A DNA stretch of 64,000 nucleotides from Chiloscyllium plagiosum (taxonomy: Eukaryota), in NCBI RefSeq assembly GCF_004010195.1, contig NC_057759.1:5207047-5271046 (forward strand), in the 5' to 3' direction. The stretch's first letter is position 1. Every line of letters starts with the position of its first letter. This document shows, piece by piece, positions 27,201 to 36,469 of this stretch. The notes below the pieces were generated by a model, which was given only the letters and a program-made list of their open reading frames with translations, ran no database searches and was not told the DNA's origin. A program made the position numbers and the translations under genes.

Positions 27201-29144
27201 GCTACATGTACTGTTTCTCCCTTATTTATCCTTAGACCCTCAGAAAATGACAGTTGATTTATTAAGATTCTTCTGCCTCTCATAACCCATTCTGGCTTTG
27301 TCCAACGTCTTTAATGCTTTCTAAGTGTTCTGTCATCACACCTTTTACAGGTATTTTCAGAATTCCCCCTAGAATGTTCAGCTATCTGGTCTGTAATACT
27401 GTGATTATTTTTATCTCTCTCTGCCGCCTACTTTTTAAACAGAGGGATTACATTACCTCTCCTCCAATATGTGGGAATTGTTCCCAAGTCTATAGAATCT
27501 AAAGCATTATCAACAATGCGCCCATTATATCCAGTTCCACTTTCTTAAAGATGCTGAGATATCAATTAAGAGTCCCTCAGGACTTATCAATCTTCAATCC
27601 CACTAATTTCCCCAATACCATTTCCCTACTATTACTGATTTCCTTCAGTTCCTCCCTCTCAATAGATGTTGGTTATCTGACATTTACTGAGAGATGATTT
27701 ATTTCCCTCTTTTGAGAAGACATAACCAAATTATGCATTCAAATCTCCTGCCATTATAATATCCCCTCGATTCAGACTGCAATGGACCTACAATTATCTT
27801 CATAAATACTTTTCTCTGCACATGTTTGCAGAAGCTTTTACAGGAGAAAGTGAGGACTGCAGATGCTGGAGATCAGAGCTGAAAATGTGTTGCTGGAAAA
27901 GCGCAGCAGGTCAGACAGCATCCAAGGAGCAGGAGAATTGACGTTTCGGGCATGAGCCCTTCTTCAGGAAGAAAGGCTCATGCCCGAAACGTCAATTCAC
28001 CTGCTTCTTGGATGCTGCCTGACCTGCTGCACTTTTCCAGCAACACATTAGAAGCTCTTAGAGTCAGTTTTTAATGTTCCCTGCAATTTTAAACTCATTC
28101 GCTATTGTCCTGCTCTTGATCAAAAATTTTGTCTTTGTTTTCCAAATTCTACAATTCAATCATGCATATTCATTTACATGTACACCAGCACATGTGTACT
28201 CACAAACACACACACTACCTTTATACACTCATGGGATTTGGGTATTGCTGACGAGACCAGCATTTATTGCTTGTCTTTAATTGTGCTCTCTCTCCTGTGG
28301 CCTCTTTCTCTCTAATTCCCCTGCACCCTCAATCTCCTGCTCTCCCGCACCCTCATTCTCTCTCTCCTGCACCCTCACACTCTCTCTCCCACACCCTTAC
28401 TCCTGCACCTACACTCTCTCCCGCACCTTCACTTTCTCTGGCTCTCCACCGCATCCTCACTGTCTCCCTTTCTCCCCCGCACTCTCACTCTCTGTCCCTC
28501 CTCTGTACCCTCAATCTCCCTCTCATGACATCACTCCCTCTCTCCTGCACACTCTCACACACACTGTCTCTCTCGTGCACCCTCAATCTCCTTTTCACCC
28601 CGCACCCTCTCTCTCTCTCTATCTCTCTCTCTCACACACACACACACCTTCACTCTCTCGCTCGCACCCTCACTCTCTCTGTCCTGCACGAGTGTATTTG
28701 AGAGAGCATTTGGATGAGAGAATCTGAGAGAGGGAGACTGTGCGTGAAAGCTGTGAGAGATTGTGAGGAGTGCATGTAAGAGAGGGTATTAGTGTGTACG
28801 TGAGAGAGATATATTGTGCGTGAGAGTGTGAGAGATTGTGAGAGTGCATGTAATAAGGTGTCTGTGTGGGAGAACAACAGTGTTGGAAAGTGTGTGTAAG
28901 TGTGTGAATAAGTGTGAGAGTGTGTGAGTGAGTGAGCGTGTGCGTGTGTACAATCTGGGAAATGCCAGCATGCATGTGCACTGCTGTCCGTACACAATAG
29001 GATTGTGCCTCTGTTCACATTCCCATTGTACACTGAGCTGAGGGCAGGAGCTGAATAACAGATTTATTCCTTGCACCCACCCTGAAATAGTGATAAAAGC
29101 TGGAGATACATACCGAGCAGTAAGAGAGCAGAGAAGATCTCCAT
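4966..29144 (-). CDS. FcR/FCRL/LITR-like two-Ig-domain transmembrane receptor with ITIM-bearing tail (gene A). 8 coding exons, 385 aa: 29144-29114, 25047-25018, 20971-20696, 16742-16455, 10366-10271, 9906-9720, 5344-5310, 5180-4966
   Basis: Manual splicing. Exon lengths 31+30+276+288+96+187+35+215=1158 nt give one open frame from ATG to TAG. All introns are GT..AG, with phases 1,1,1,1,1,2,1. Domain order is signal-Ig-Ig-TM-Tyr-motif tail. Confidence 0.85.
5310..5344 (-). CDS. Gene A exon 7: 35-nt cytoplasmic exon ([12 protein letters not shown])
   Basis: Strong acceptor ttttgtgttttcatag| and donor |gtaagt; converts phase 2 to phase 1 exactly as needed to join exons 6 and 8. Confidence 0.8.
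5468..5660. repeat. (CT/GTCT)n microsatellite
   Basis: Low-complexity TC/TGTC run. Confidence 0.95.
5790..5890 (+). mobile_element. tRNA-derived SINE head fragment
   Basis: A-box-like ggcgcagcga and B-box-like ggttcaaagtccc, followed by ctgctccagaggtgtgtaataac. Confidence 0.45.
5951..6310. repeat. (CT/GTCT)n compound microsatellite with higher-order repeat
   Basis: Low-complexity TC run with repeated ctgctgtctgtctg...tgtcgctctc blocks. Confidence 0.95.
7765..8545 (-). mobile_element. Nested CR1/HER1-type LINE 3' fragments
   Basis: Minus-strand [29 protein letters not shown] (CR1 ORF2 C-terminus) and typical 3' ends. Confidence 0.8.
9720..9906 (-). CDS. Gene A exon 6: cytoplasmic exon (GVAYAVV...VAYSVT...[12 protein letters not shown])
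   Basis: ttcttctgtctag| acceptor, phase 1-2, donor GG|gtaaac; contains the ITIM consensus VAYAVV. Confidence 0.8.
10271..10366 (-). CDS. Gene A exon 5: transmembrane exon ([32 protein letters not shown])
   Basis: 96 nt, phase 1-1, cttcttttctgcag| acceptor and AAAG|gtaagt donor; ~22 hydrophobic residues followed by an RRK stop-transfer motif; not in the ORF track. Confidence 0.9.
12703..13000. repeat. AT-rich minisatellite (~16-bp unit TGTTAATGTGTTACTG)
   Basis: Degenerate tandem units. Confidence 0.9.
15230..15546 (+). mobile_element. tRNA-derived SINE (SacSINE1/DeuSINE-like) with A-rich tail
   Basis: ggcctagtggta A-box head, ...ggcaattagggatgggtaataaatgctg... 3' tail and A-run; family name assigned from memory. 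Confidence 0.55.
15704..15835 (+). mobile_element. HE1-type SINE 5' part, truncated by gap
   Basis: ggcacggtggcacagtggttagcactgctgcctcacagcgccagagacctgggttcaattccc head. Confidence 0.85.
15836..16335. other. Assembly gap (500 N)
   Basis: N run. Confidence 1.
16455..16742 (-). CDS. Gene A exon 4: Ig domain 2 (TLKLSC...FIYTFYREG...EDAGRYRC)
   Basis: 288 nt, phase 1-1, ttctttcttgacag| acceptor and CAAG|gtatgt donor; FCRL-type C strand with F/Y instead of Trp. Confidence 0.92.
17428..17893. other. Assembly gap (466 N) inside a CR1 fragment
   Basis: N run; the paralogous position (~49350-49675) is CR1 3' sequence. Confidence 1.
18160..19650. mobile_element. Two CR1 LINE fragments in opposite orientation (minus 18160-18980, plus ~19040-19650)
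   Basis: [19 protein letters not shown] on the minus strand and [14 protein letters not shown] segment on the plus strand; shared with paralog B. Confidence 0.75.
20696..20971 (-). CDS. Gene A exon 3: Ig domain 1 (FcR D1-like; [22 protein letters not shown]...YNW...EDVGEYRC)
   Basis: 276 nt, phase 1-1, ttag| acceptor and |gtgag donor; Ig Cys-Trp-Cys core and DxGxYxC motif. Confidence 0.92.
20992..21185. mobile_element. Short inverted-arm Penelope-derived element with hammerhead core and 14-bp TSD
   Basis: TSD catagaaaaacata at 20978-20991 and 21186-21199; absent from paralog B. Confidence 0.85.
21335..21960 (+). repeat. Tandem ~85-90 bp repeats derived from a LINE RT segment (HPLTFNGITITESPTINILGVTI-like)
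   Basis: Repeated aaccatcaccccttgacattc..ccatcactgaatcc..atcctggggttaccattgagagagaa units; paralogous array at 57945-59530. Confidence 0.75.
22040..24800 (+). mobile_element. CR1 LINE (22040-23200) with a second CR1 (~23205-24733) nested in its 3' end
   Basis: RT motifs ([32 protein letters not shown]); the host 3' end resumes at ~24735. Confidence 0.85.
25018..25047 (-). CDS. Gene A exon 2: 30-nt signal-peptide mini-exon ([10 protein letters not shown])
   Basis: Acceptor tgtgtatttcag|, donor GAAG|gtatgt, phase 1-1; conserved in the paralog at 61361-61390. Confidence 0.8.
25255..26135. repeat. (GT)n/(GA)n low-complexity tract with an embedded Penelope-derived element (~25543-25660)
   Basis: Dinucleotide-rich; paralogous tract at 63350-64000. 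Confidence 0.85.
26368..26712 (-). mobile_element. HE1-type SINE (diverged)
   Basis: Reverse complement of the HE1 body (tgtgtggagtttgcacattct). Confidence 0.8.
27841..28049. mobile_element. Short inverted-arm Penelope-derived hammerhead element
   Basis: Inverted arms; imperfect 11-bp TSD agaagct(t/c)tta. Confidence 0.8.
28285..28950. repeat. CT/CA then GA/GT low-complexity tracts in intron 1
   Basis: Dinucleotide-rich sequence. Confidence 0.85.
29114..29144 (-). CDS. Gene A exon 1: signal peptide part 1 ([10 protein letters not shown])
   Basis: gtgATGG Kozak-like context, hydrophobic codons, phase-1 donor CTCG|gtatgt. Confidence 0.75.
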
Positions 29145-29179
29145 CACAGTGCCCTGTCTGATCGATGTGTGTATTCAGT

Positions 29180-29325
29180 CAGTGACTCAGTCTGCTGTTT
29201 CCTGCTTGTCTGATCCTGCTGATGGCAGGGAAGTGGGCGGCGAAGTGGGCACTGCCAAAGGGTCTGAGACAGATTGAGATGGGACACAGTTGTCAGTCAC
29301 CAGGACGTTTCTTCACCCACCACAC
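29180..29325 (-). promoter_or_regulatory. Putative TATA-less leukocyte-type proximal promoter of gene A
   Basis: Motif matches only, all within ~180 bp of the ATG: AP-1 TGACTCA 29183-29189, ETS core ~29199-29204, PU.1-like GGGAAGTG 29228-29235, GC box GGGCGG 29235-29240, RUNX ACCACA 29319-29324. Confidence 0.4.
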
Positions 29326-30219
29326 CCCATTACCCTCCATTCCCCCTCATGATTAAAAATCTCAGCCTTCAATATACTCAACGATGCAGCCTGGACAGCC
29401 CTCTGTGGTAAATAATTCCACAGATTGACTCCTTCTGGAGAGAAGAAATTCCTCGTCACTGACAGCACAGAAACTGACCCTTTGGGTCAGCTCTCTTCCC
29501 CTCATCCAGTTCTTGGGGCGAAATAGGCTCAGCCATTCCTCCCCATCTCTCTTTCCAATCTGTTCCATCCCATTGTCCTGAAACATTGATCCTCTCGTTT
29601 TAGATTACACCACACAAGGAAGCATTCTTTCTCCAACTTTTTGCCAATCACCTCTTCAGCATCTTATATCCCTCAGTTAGATCTCCTGTACAAGAGGGAT
29701 AGGTTGCATTCAAGCTGGAGGGCGATCAATATTCTGGCAGAGAGATTTGTTCAAGCCACTGGTAAGGGTTTAATCTGGTCTGGTAGGGAAGTGGGATCCA
29801 AAGCATTGTGGAGATGAAACAGAAGGTTGCGGTCAGTACAGAAGGTAATGACAGCAATTCAAAGGCAAAGGTAGTGTAGGTAATCCTAATATTAGACAGG
29901 ACAGAAACAGGCATGGCAGGAAGCAAGGGAAATCTTTATTTATTTCAAGGTGGGAAGCCTGATAGGTAAGGCAACTGAACTGAGGGCATGGATTGTTACA
30001 TGGGACTGGGATATTACAGCTATTACAGAAACATGGCTGAGGGAGGGACAGAACTTATAGCTCAATATTCCGGGGAACAGATGTTATAGGAAGGATACAG
30101 AGGGAGGCAAGAGAGCAGAGTGAGTTCATTTTTGATGAGGGAGAACATCACAGCAGTCCTGAGAAAGGACATTCTTGAGAGATGATTCACTGAGTTTATA
30201 TGGGTAGAACTGAGAAATA

Positions 30220-30484
30220 GCTGGAAATGTGTTGCTGGAAAAGCGCAGCAGGTCAGGCAGGATCCAGGGAACAGGAGAATCGACGTTTCGGGCATAAGCC
30301 CTTCTTCAGGACCTGGGGGGTGCAGTGAGAGAGGGACTCACTGAAATCTTTGTAGAGGGAGGAAGAGAGCTTCTTCAAGGAAGGCATCCTTGTAAGAGGA
30401 TTCTGCTGCCTGACCTGCTGCGCTTTTCCAGCAACACATTTCCAGCTCTGATCTCCAGCATCTGCAGACCTCACTTTCTCCTCA
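30220..30484. mobile_element. Penelope-derived hammerhead element with 15-bp TSD
   Basis: TSD tagaactgagaaata at 30205-30219 and 30485-30499. Confidence 0.85.
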
Positions 30485-31278
30485 TAGAACTGAGAAATAA
30501 AAAGGGCAAGATCACTTTAATGGCACCTACTATAGGCTTCCCCCAACAGACAGTGGGAGATTGAGAGCAAATATGTAAGGAGATCACAGAGAGCTGCAAG
30601 AATAATATTATGGTAATCATAGGGGCTTTCACTTTCCTAACATCGACTGGGGCTGCTAAAGTGTTGAGGACTTGGTTGGAGAGAAATGTGAATGCGCTCA
30701 GGAAGAATTTCTTACGAGTTTGTACATGGCCCTATTAGAGAAAAAGCAAAAGTTGACCTCCTCTTGTGAAATAAGGCAGGGTAAGTCTCAGAAGTGTTAC
30801 TAAGAGTGAATAGTGACCATAATTCCATTACTTTTAATAGCTATGGAAGAGGAAAGGTTCACAAGTTAAAGTTCTCAATTGGAGCAAGGCCAATTTCGAT
30901 GGTTTTTAACAGGAACGTTCAATGAGTTGATTCAGGGAAGCTGGTTGCAGGCAAAGGGACATCTGGTAAATAGGGGGCTCTCAAAAGTAATTTAATGAGT
31001 GTAGAGAGGCAGCATGTTCCAGGCAGAAGCAGGAAGCCCTGGATGACTAAAGTTATGGAGGCCTTGGTCTTGGAAAGGAAGGAGGCATTTGAAATATAGG
31101 CAGCTGCCATCCAGTGACTTCCTTGAAGAGTATAGAGGGTGTCAGAGTGTGCTTAAGAGAGAAATCAGTAGTGTGAAAAGGGGACATGAAAAGATATTGG
31201 CAGATAAGGTAAAGCAGAATTCAAAGTACGTGAAGGACAAAAGAGTAACTAAGAAGAGAATAGGGCCTCTTAAAAATC

Positions 31279-31366
31279 CTGAAGAAGGGCTTATTCCCGA
31301 AACGTCGATTCTCCTGTTCCCTGGATGCTGCCTGACCTGCTGCGCTTTTCCAGCAACACATTTTCA
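31279..31366 (+). mobile_element. 88-bp Penelope-derived hammerhead element with 13-bp TSD
   Basis: TSD cctcttaaaaatc at 31266-31278 and 31367-31379. Confidence 0.85.
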
Positions 31367-31445
31367 CCTCTTAAAAATCAGCAAAGTTACCTACATGCAG
31401 AGGGCCAAGAGATGGGTGAGGTTTTAAATGAAAATGTCAAATCAA

Positions 31446-32543
31446 TGTCAGGAGAATTACTTATTGCTTTGCATCTGCCCCAGTGTCACTCTTCCTACAT
31501 ACTGGGCCCAGTCTTTGGCAGGAACTGACAAGTCAAGCTTCACAAATAGCAGCATAATGTTAGAAATGCTTACCCCAATTTAAAGACAACTCTTGCAAGT
31601 GAATCACTTCAGGAGTACGCTGTTCCCTTATCACCACTGAAATAGCTCCATGAAGACCAGGATTCTGAAACCAATTCACCCTTTACTTACATGTGCATAG
31701 TACATGACACTGACCCAGCTAAACTGAGCCACCTCCCAAAGTGAACAGAACTCCTGATATTCCTGTTTATATTATTTTATTAAACAAATTACAAAAACAG
31801 TTTACAACAAACAGTTACACTTACAGCTGTATACAAGAGACAGCAATTTTACAAGGGAGAGGAGCAGCAAAGCCAGGCCCCAAACCCTACCATTCAAACA
31901 GTTTACAGGGACATGAGGACAAACCTCAAATCCCAGTTTCACAAAGATATAAAGAGACAACAGCAGTGACAGTTGTACATTAGACAGTACTGTTACATAC
32001 AAAAGTGCAGATAATACAGACCCAGCAAGCCCCCATCCCTCCCACCTTCCGACCACTAAGGCAACCCGCCCCTACCCACCTTCCGGTTCTCGGTCCACCC
32101 CATGCCCCTTCCAGTTCTCGGTCCGCCCTGACACACCTTTCGACCACTTCTAGGACAGCCCGCCCCGGTACCCGCCCAGGGTGACAGCGGTCAGGACAGC
32201 CTACCCACCTTCCGGCTTCACTAACCATCCTCAGCACCTTTCGACCACCTCTGGGGCAGCCCGCCCCAGTACCTGCCCGGGGTGACAGCGCTGAGGACGG
32301 CTACCCGCCTTCTGGCTCTCGGTTTGCCCCTACGTACCATTGGGCTCTCACCCACCCTGTTGCACCTCCAACCAGTGGGCTATCCTGGCACACCTTTCGG
32401 CCACCTCTAGGACAGCCTGTCCCCTTCCCTGGATATTCCTGTTTATATCTGTTAGCCAGGACTCCCTGATTGGACAAGACCATCAGCCCCGATGAGGGAA
32501 CTCAGATTCTATGAGGTCCACCTGACTGACCTCGTTCTAATCA
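31446..32543 (-). mobile_element. Truncated Gypsy-like LTR element: 5' LTR (32543-31638), PBS and degenerate gag start
   Basis: TG...CA LTR ends followed by a TGG PBS-like motif; ATG at 31555 gives MLLFVKLDLSVPAKDWAQYVGRV (Gypsy gag-like DWxxY motif). Confidence 0.65.
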
Positions 32544-32929
32544 TTATCGGAAGGGGCTCACGAAAATAGAACAAGGAGAATCTCCATGGATAAGCAGGGT
32601 CAGAGTTGGAAGCAGATGTTTCAAAACTATCAGTGAGAGTAAAAAAATCAGGTTAAAAAGCAGAACTCAACAAGAAATCAGAATCATACATGGTTGGAAA
32701 AGGCGGTCAATGAGCACTGTTCAATTCAAAACTTAAGGCAGACAAAGTGGAAAAATATCGAGGTAAGTCAGAGATTTGGACATCTTTCAGGAACACACAG
32801 ATGGTGTTTAAAACAGAAAAAGTTTATTGTGAAAATAAAAATATACAAAACAAGCTTCTGTGGTTATGTAAAAAGGAAAGAGAGTAGCAACCTATCAGAC
32901 ATACTCTAAAGACACAGGATTTTGGAAGA

Positions 32930-35330
32930 TTGCTGTTAAAAATGAAGGGGTGCTGTGCATCTTAGAAGTATTACGGGAGGTAAGTTCCTGGGCCCTGGTG
33001 GATCTATTCCAGAGTATTGAAACAGGCAAGTGAGCAAATTGCTGGAGCATTGACATGCATCTTTGTATCCGATTTGGCCACAGGTAAGGTCCCAGAGAAC
33101 AGGAGAATAGCCAATGTAGTTCCCATTGATTAACAAAAGGGAGCAGGGATAATCCTGGAAAATGCCAGCCTGTGAGTTTCATTTCGAGGTAGGTAATTTA
33201 TTTGAACAGATTCTCAGGGACAGGGGTCTAAACGCATTTTGAACCAGTTTTACTTATTAGTGATAGACATCTTTTTTTTGCAGGGGAGGTCATACCTCAT
33301 TAACTTGATCAGCTTTCAAGGAGGAGGCAAAGATGATTGATGTGGGAAAGGCAGTTTATATTGTCTACATGGACTTCAATAAAACCATTGACAAGATCCC
33401 TCCTCGCAGACTGATTCAAAAGGTGAATTAACATGGTATCAGGAGTGAGCAAGGCAAGGTGGATAGAGAACTGGCTCAGTCACAGGAGAGGGTAGCGATG
33501 GATAGATGCTTTTCGGAATGGAGGGTTGTGACTAGTTGTGTTCAACAAGGATTAGTACCGGGACCACTGATGTTCATGATCTACATGAATGATTTGGAGG
33601 AAAATGTGGATGGTCTAATTAGTAAGTTTGCGGACATTACAGAATTTGGTGGAGTTACAGATGATGAGGAAGATTGTTAGAGAATATATCAAGATCTACA
33701 TCAGCTGGAACACGGGCAAAAAAATGACGGATGGAATTGGACAAATGTGGTTTTCGGAATTCACGTACAGGTGGAAATTATACAGTGAATGGCAGAACTC
33801 GGTGTTGTATTGATGTGTAGGGAGATCTGGATGTGCGGGTCCACAGATCACTGAGGGTGACAGTGCAAGTAGATAATGTGGCCGGACAGGCTGCCCAAAA
33901 TAATTAATTTATGATGAACTTCACTATAGCGGCCATAAATTAAAGCATGCTGGGAAATGGAAACCAGCCTTGACTAAAGTGATTGTATCAATCCACATGC
34001 TGCAGAATACAGACAGGCTGCAGAATACAGACAGGCTGCAGAATACAGACAGACTGCAGCTGCCCACAAACCTGACAGCTGCCGACCCTGCAATACACAC
34101 CTGGAATTGGACACTGAATGGGACAATGGAATGTCGCCCTCGAGACAATCAGGAGCATCAAGTCATTCGCTAGACACAGAGGCACCCAGCACCCTGATTT
34201 GGAGGGGTCTGTGTGCACCCAGTGCCTACGATAATGGACACTTCAGGACCACACTGTCATGAAAGTGCCAACACCTGGTTGGGTCTGATCGAACAGGGTA
34301 ATGAAGCCTGATCAATCCATTGGCAGATCTTCAAGACACTTCCAAAAGGGCGTGAAGATTCAGAACAGTGAGAGTTGCCGCAAAATCCCGCTCAGCGCAG
34401 TAACTCAAGAATAACACCAAAAGAGAAGACACATCCAAGACTATGGAAGAAGAGGAAGACGCAGGCTCATGGAACCTACTTCAAGTGTGGTGGTATATGA
34501 TTATACAAAGTTAAGTAAAGTCTAAGATTGTTTGTAGTGTGTATCGTTAGTTTATAGTAAACTTTATTGTTCTAATTTTAATTGTGTCAAATAAATGAGT
34601 ATTATTGTGTATCATTATTAAGGTTCAACTCACAGTTCCTTTGCTGAATATAAGAATTTAAACACACTGTGTGGCAGGTGCAACAATAAGATAGTAAAAT
34701 ATGACTACGGCATGCTTGCCTTCATTGGAAGGGGCATTGAAGATAAGGTAGTCAGGTTATGCTGCAGCTCCAAACAACTTTAGTTAGGCCATGTTTGGAA
34801 TATTGTGTAGAGTTCTCGTCACCACACGATCAAAAGGATGTGAATGTTTTGGAAAAGGTTTGGAAAAGGTTTACAAGGATGTTGCCTGGTCGGTGGGATT
34901 TTAGCTATGAAGGAAGGTTGGATAGACTGGGTTTATTTTCACTGGTCTGCAGGACACCAAGGGCCAACCTAATAGAAATTTATAAGATTGTGAAAAACAT
35001 GGATACATGGAGGTATGATGCTTTATTCCCCTGGGTGGTGGGGTCAATTACTAGGAGACACTAGGAGACAGGTGCTGGGGGAGGGTGGTGGGGAAGTCTA
35101 AAAGAGATGCACAAGGCAAGTATTTCACACATATGACAATGAGTACCTGGAATCCATTGCCAGAGGTGGTGGTGGAAGCTGATAAAAGAGCTACATTCAA
35201 AAAACACCTGGACAAATGCATTCATAGGAAGGAGCAGAGGGTTACAGATTAGTATAGAATGGCAAAATGTGTTGGTGGAATTTTGGAGGTTTAAAGGACC
35301 TGTTCCCGTGCTGTGTTCTCCTTTGTTCTT
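32930..35330 (+). mobile_element. CR1 LINE ORF2 fragment interrupted by a solo LTR
   Basis: VYMDFNK, GPLMFMIYMNDL, KFAD and LEYCVEF..RFTRMLPG motifs. Confidence 0.85.
33877..34685 (+). mobile_element. Solo LTR (809 bp)
   Basis: TGTGGC...GCAACA termini, 4-bp TSD ATAA (33873-33876 and 34686-34689), internal AATAAA and a 3x 18-bp repeat; splits a contiguous CR1. Confidence 0.8.
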
Positions 35331-36469
35331 AATGCTTTAATGTTTCCAGGTGACCTTCATTCACTATTCCGAGTAATAGATGATCAGGTATTAGTGATTT
35401 GTCTACCAATAGCATCATTACATAGCCCAGCACCATTTCCTTCCTAATCACTTTTACCCTTCCAATCAACTCCTGGTTCTCTAACATTTCTGTCCTCTTG
35501 AGTCCTCTTTTGTGAAGACAGAAGTAAAATACATGTCCTAATCTTATGCCAGTTCTTTGTTCCCCAGTATAATTTCACTTGGATCCTTACTGCACTAGAT
35601 CTACATTTATCTTTACAGACTCGTTGTACTCACATATTTGTCGATGTTTTTACAGCCAATTTCTATGTTCACTACAATTTTACTGTCCTACACTATTTTC
35701 TACCCTTGAGCATTTATTATCCTTGATTTCTAAAATGCTCCCTATCCTTAGGCTTGCTGTCTTATTTTCTCAAGCAATCTTACGTCTCTGCTCTTTGTTT
35801 CTATACTCTCCAGGATCAATTTTGAAACTCATACCAGAGTCACCTTTCCTCCTTTTTCCCTTGCGTCAGACAGAAATGAGTAAATTCATAGGGTGCTCTC
35901 TTTAAACATGAACCATTCCCCATCCACCATCAACCACTTTAATATGGCTCACATCCATCCTTGCCAATTTGTGTCTCTTACACTCATAGTTCTCTTTATT
36001 TAGGTTCAGGATGCCAGCTTCTAGTTCAACAACTTGGCCCTTCGTCTTGATGAAGAATGCTGCATATTATGGTAACTCTTCCCCAAGGAAACTGTACATA
36101 ACAAGCTTGTTAGTTCATAATTTCTCATTGCAACATATTCTAGTTAGAACAGCCTGTTGGCTCATTGGTTCCTCAAGGTTTTGGTCAGAAGAACCATCTC
36201 TTTCTCAATCACACACAAACTTCAAGAAGGCAGTTCACCACCACCTTCTCAAGGACAACTAGGGATAAGCAGTAAATACTGGCCAGCCAGCAACACTCAC
36301 ATCTTATACATGAATACATGTCAAGAACACACATATACACCCATACTCATGGGAATAGTCCACCAGTTCATTTTGTCCAATCCAAATGCAAATTGAAGTC
36401 ATCCAGGATTACAGATGAACCATTACAACAGAAATCTCTGATGCTTTGCTTAATGCCAGAATGTGTTTG

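Larger units (their letters stand above)
29685..31440 (+). mobile_element. CR1 LINE fragment (ORF1 end plus AP endonuclease region), degenerate
   Basis: WDWDITAITETWL and GGFHFPNIDW-like endonuclease motifs. Confidence 0.8.
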
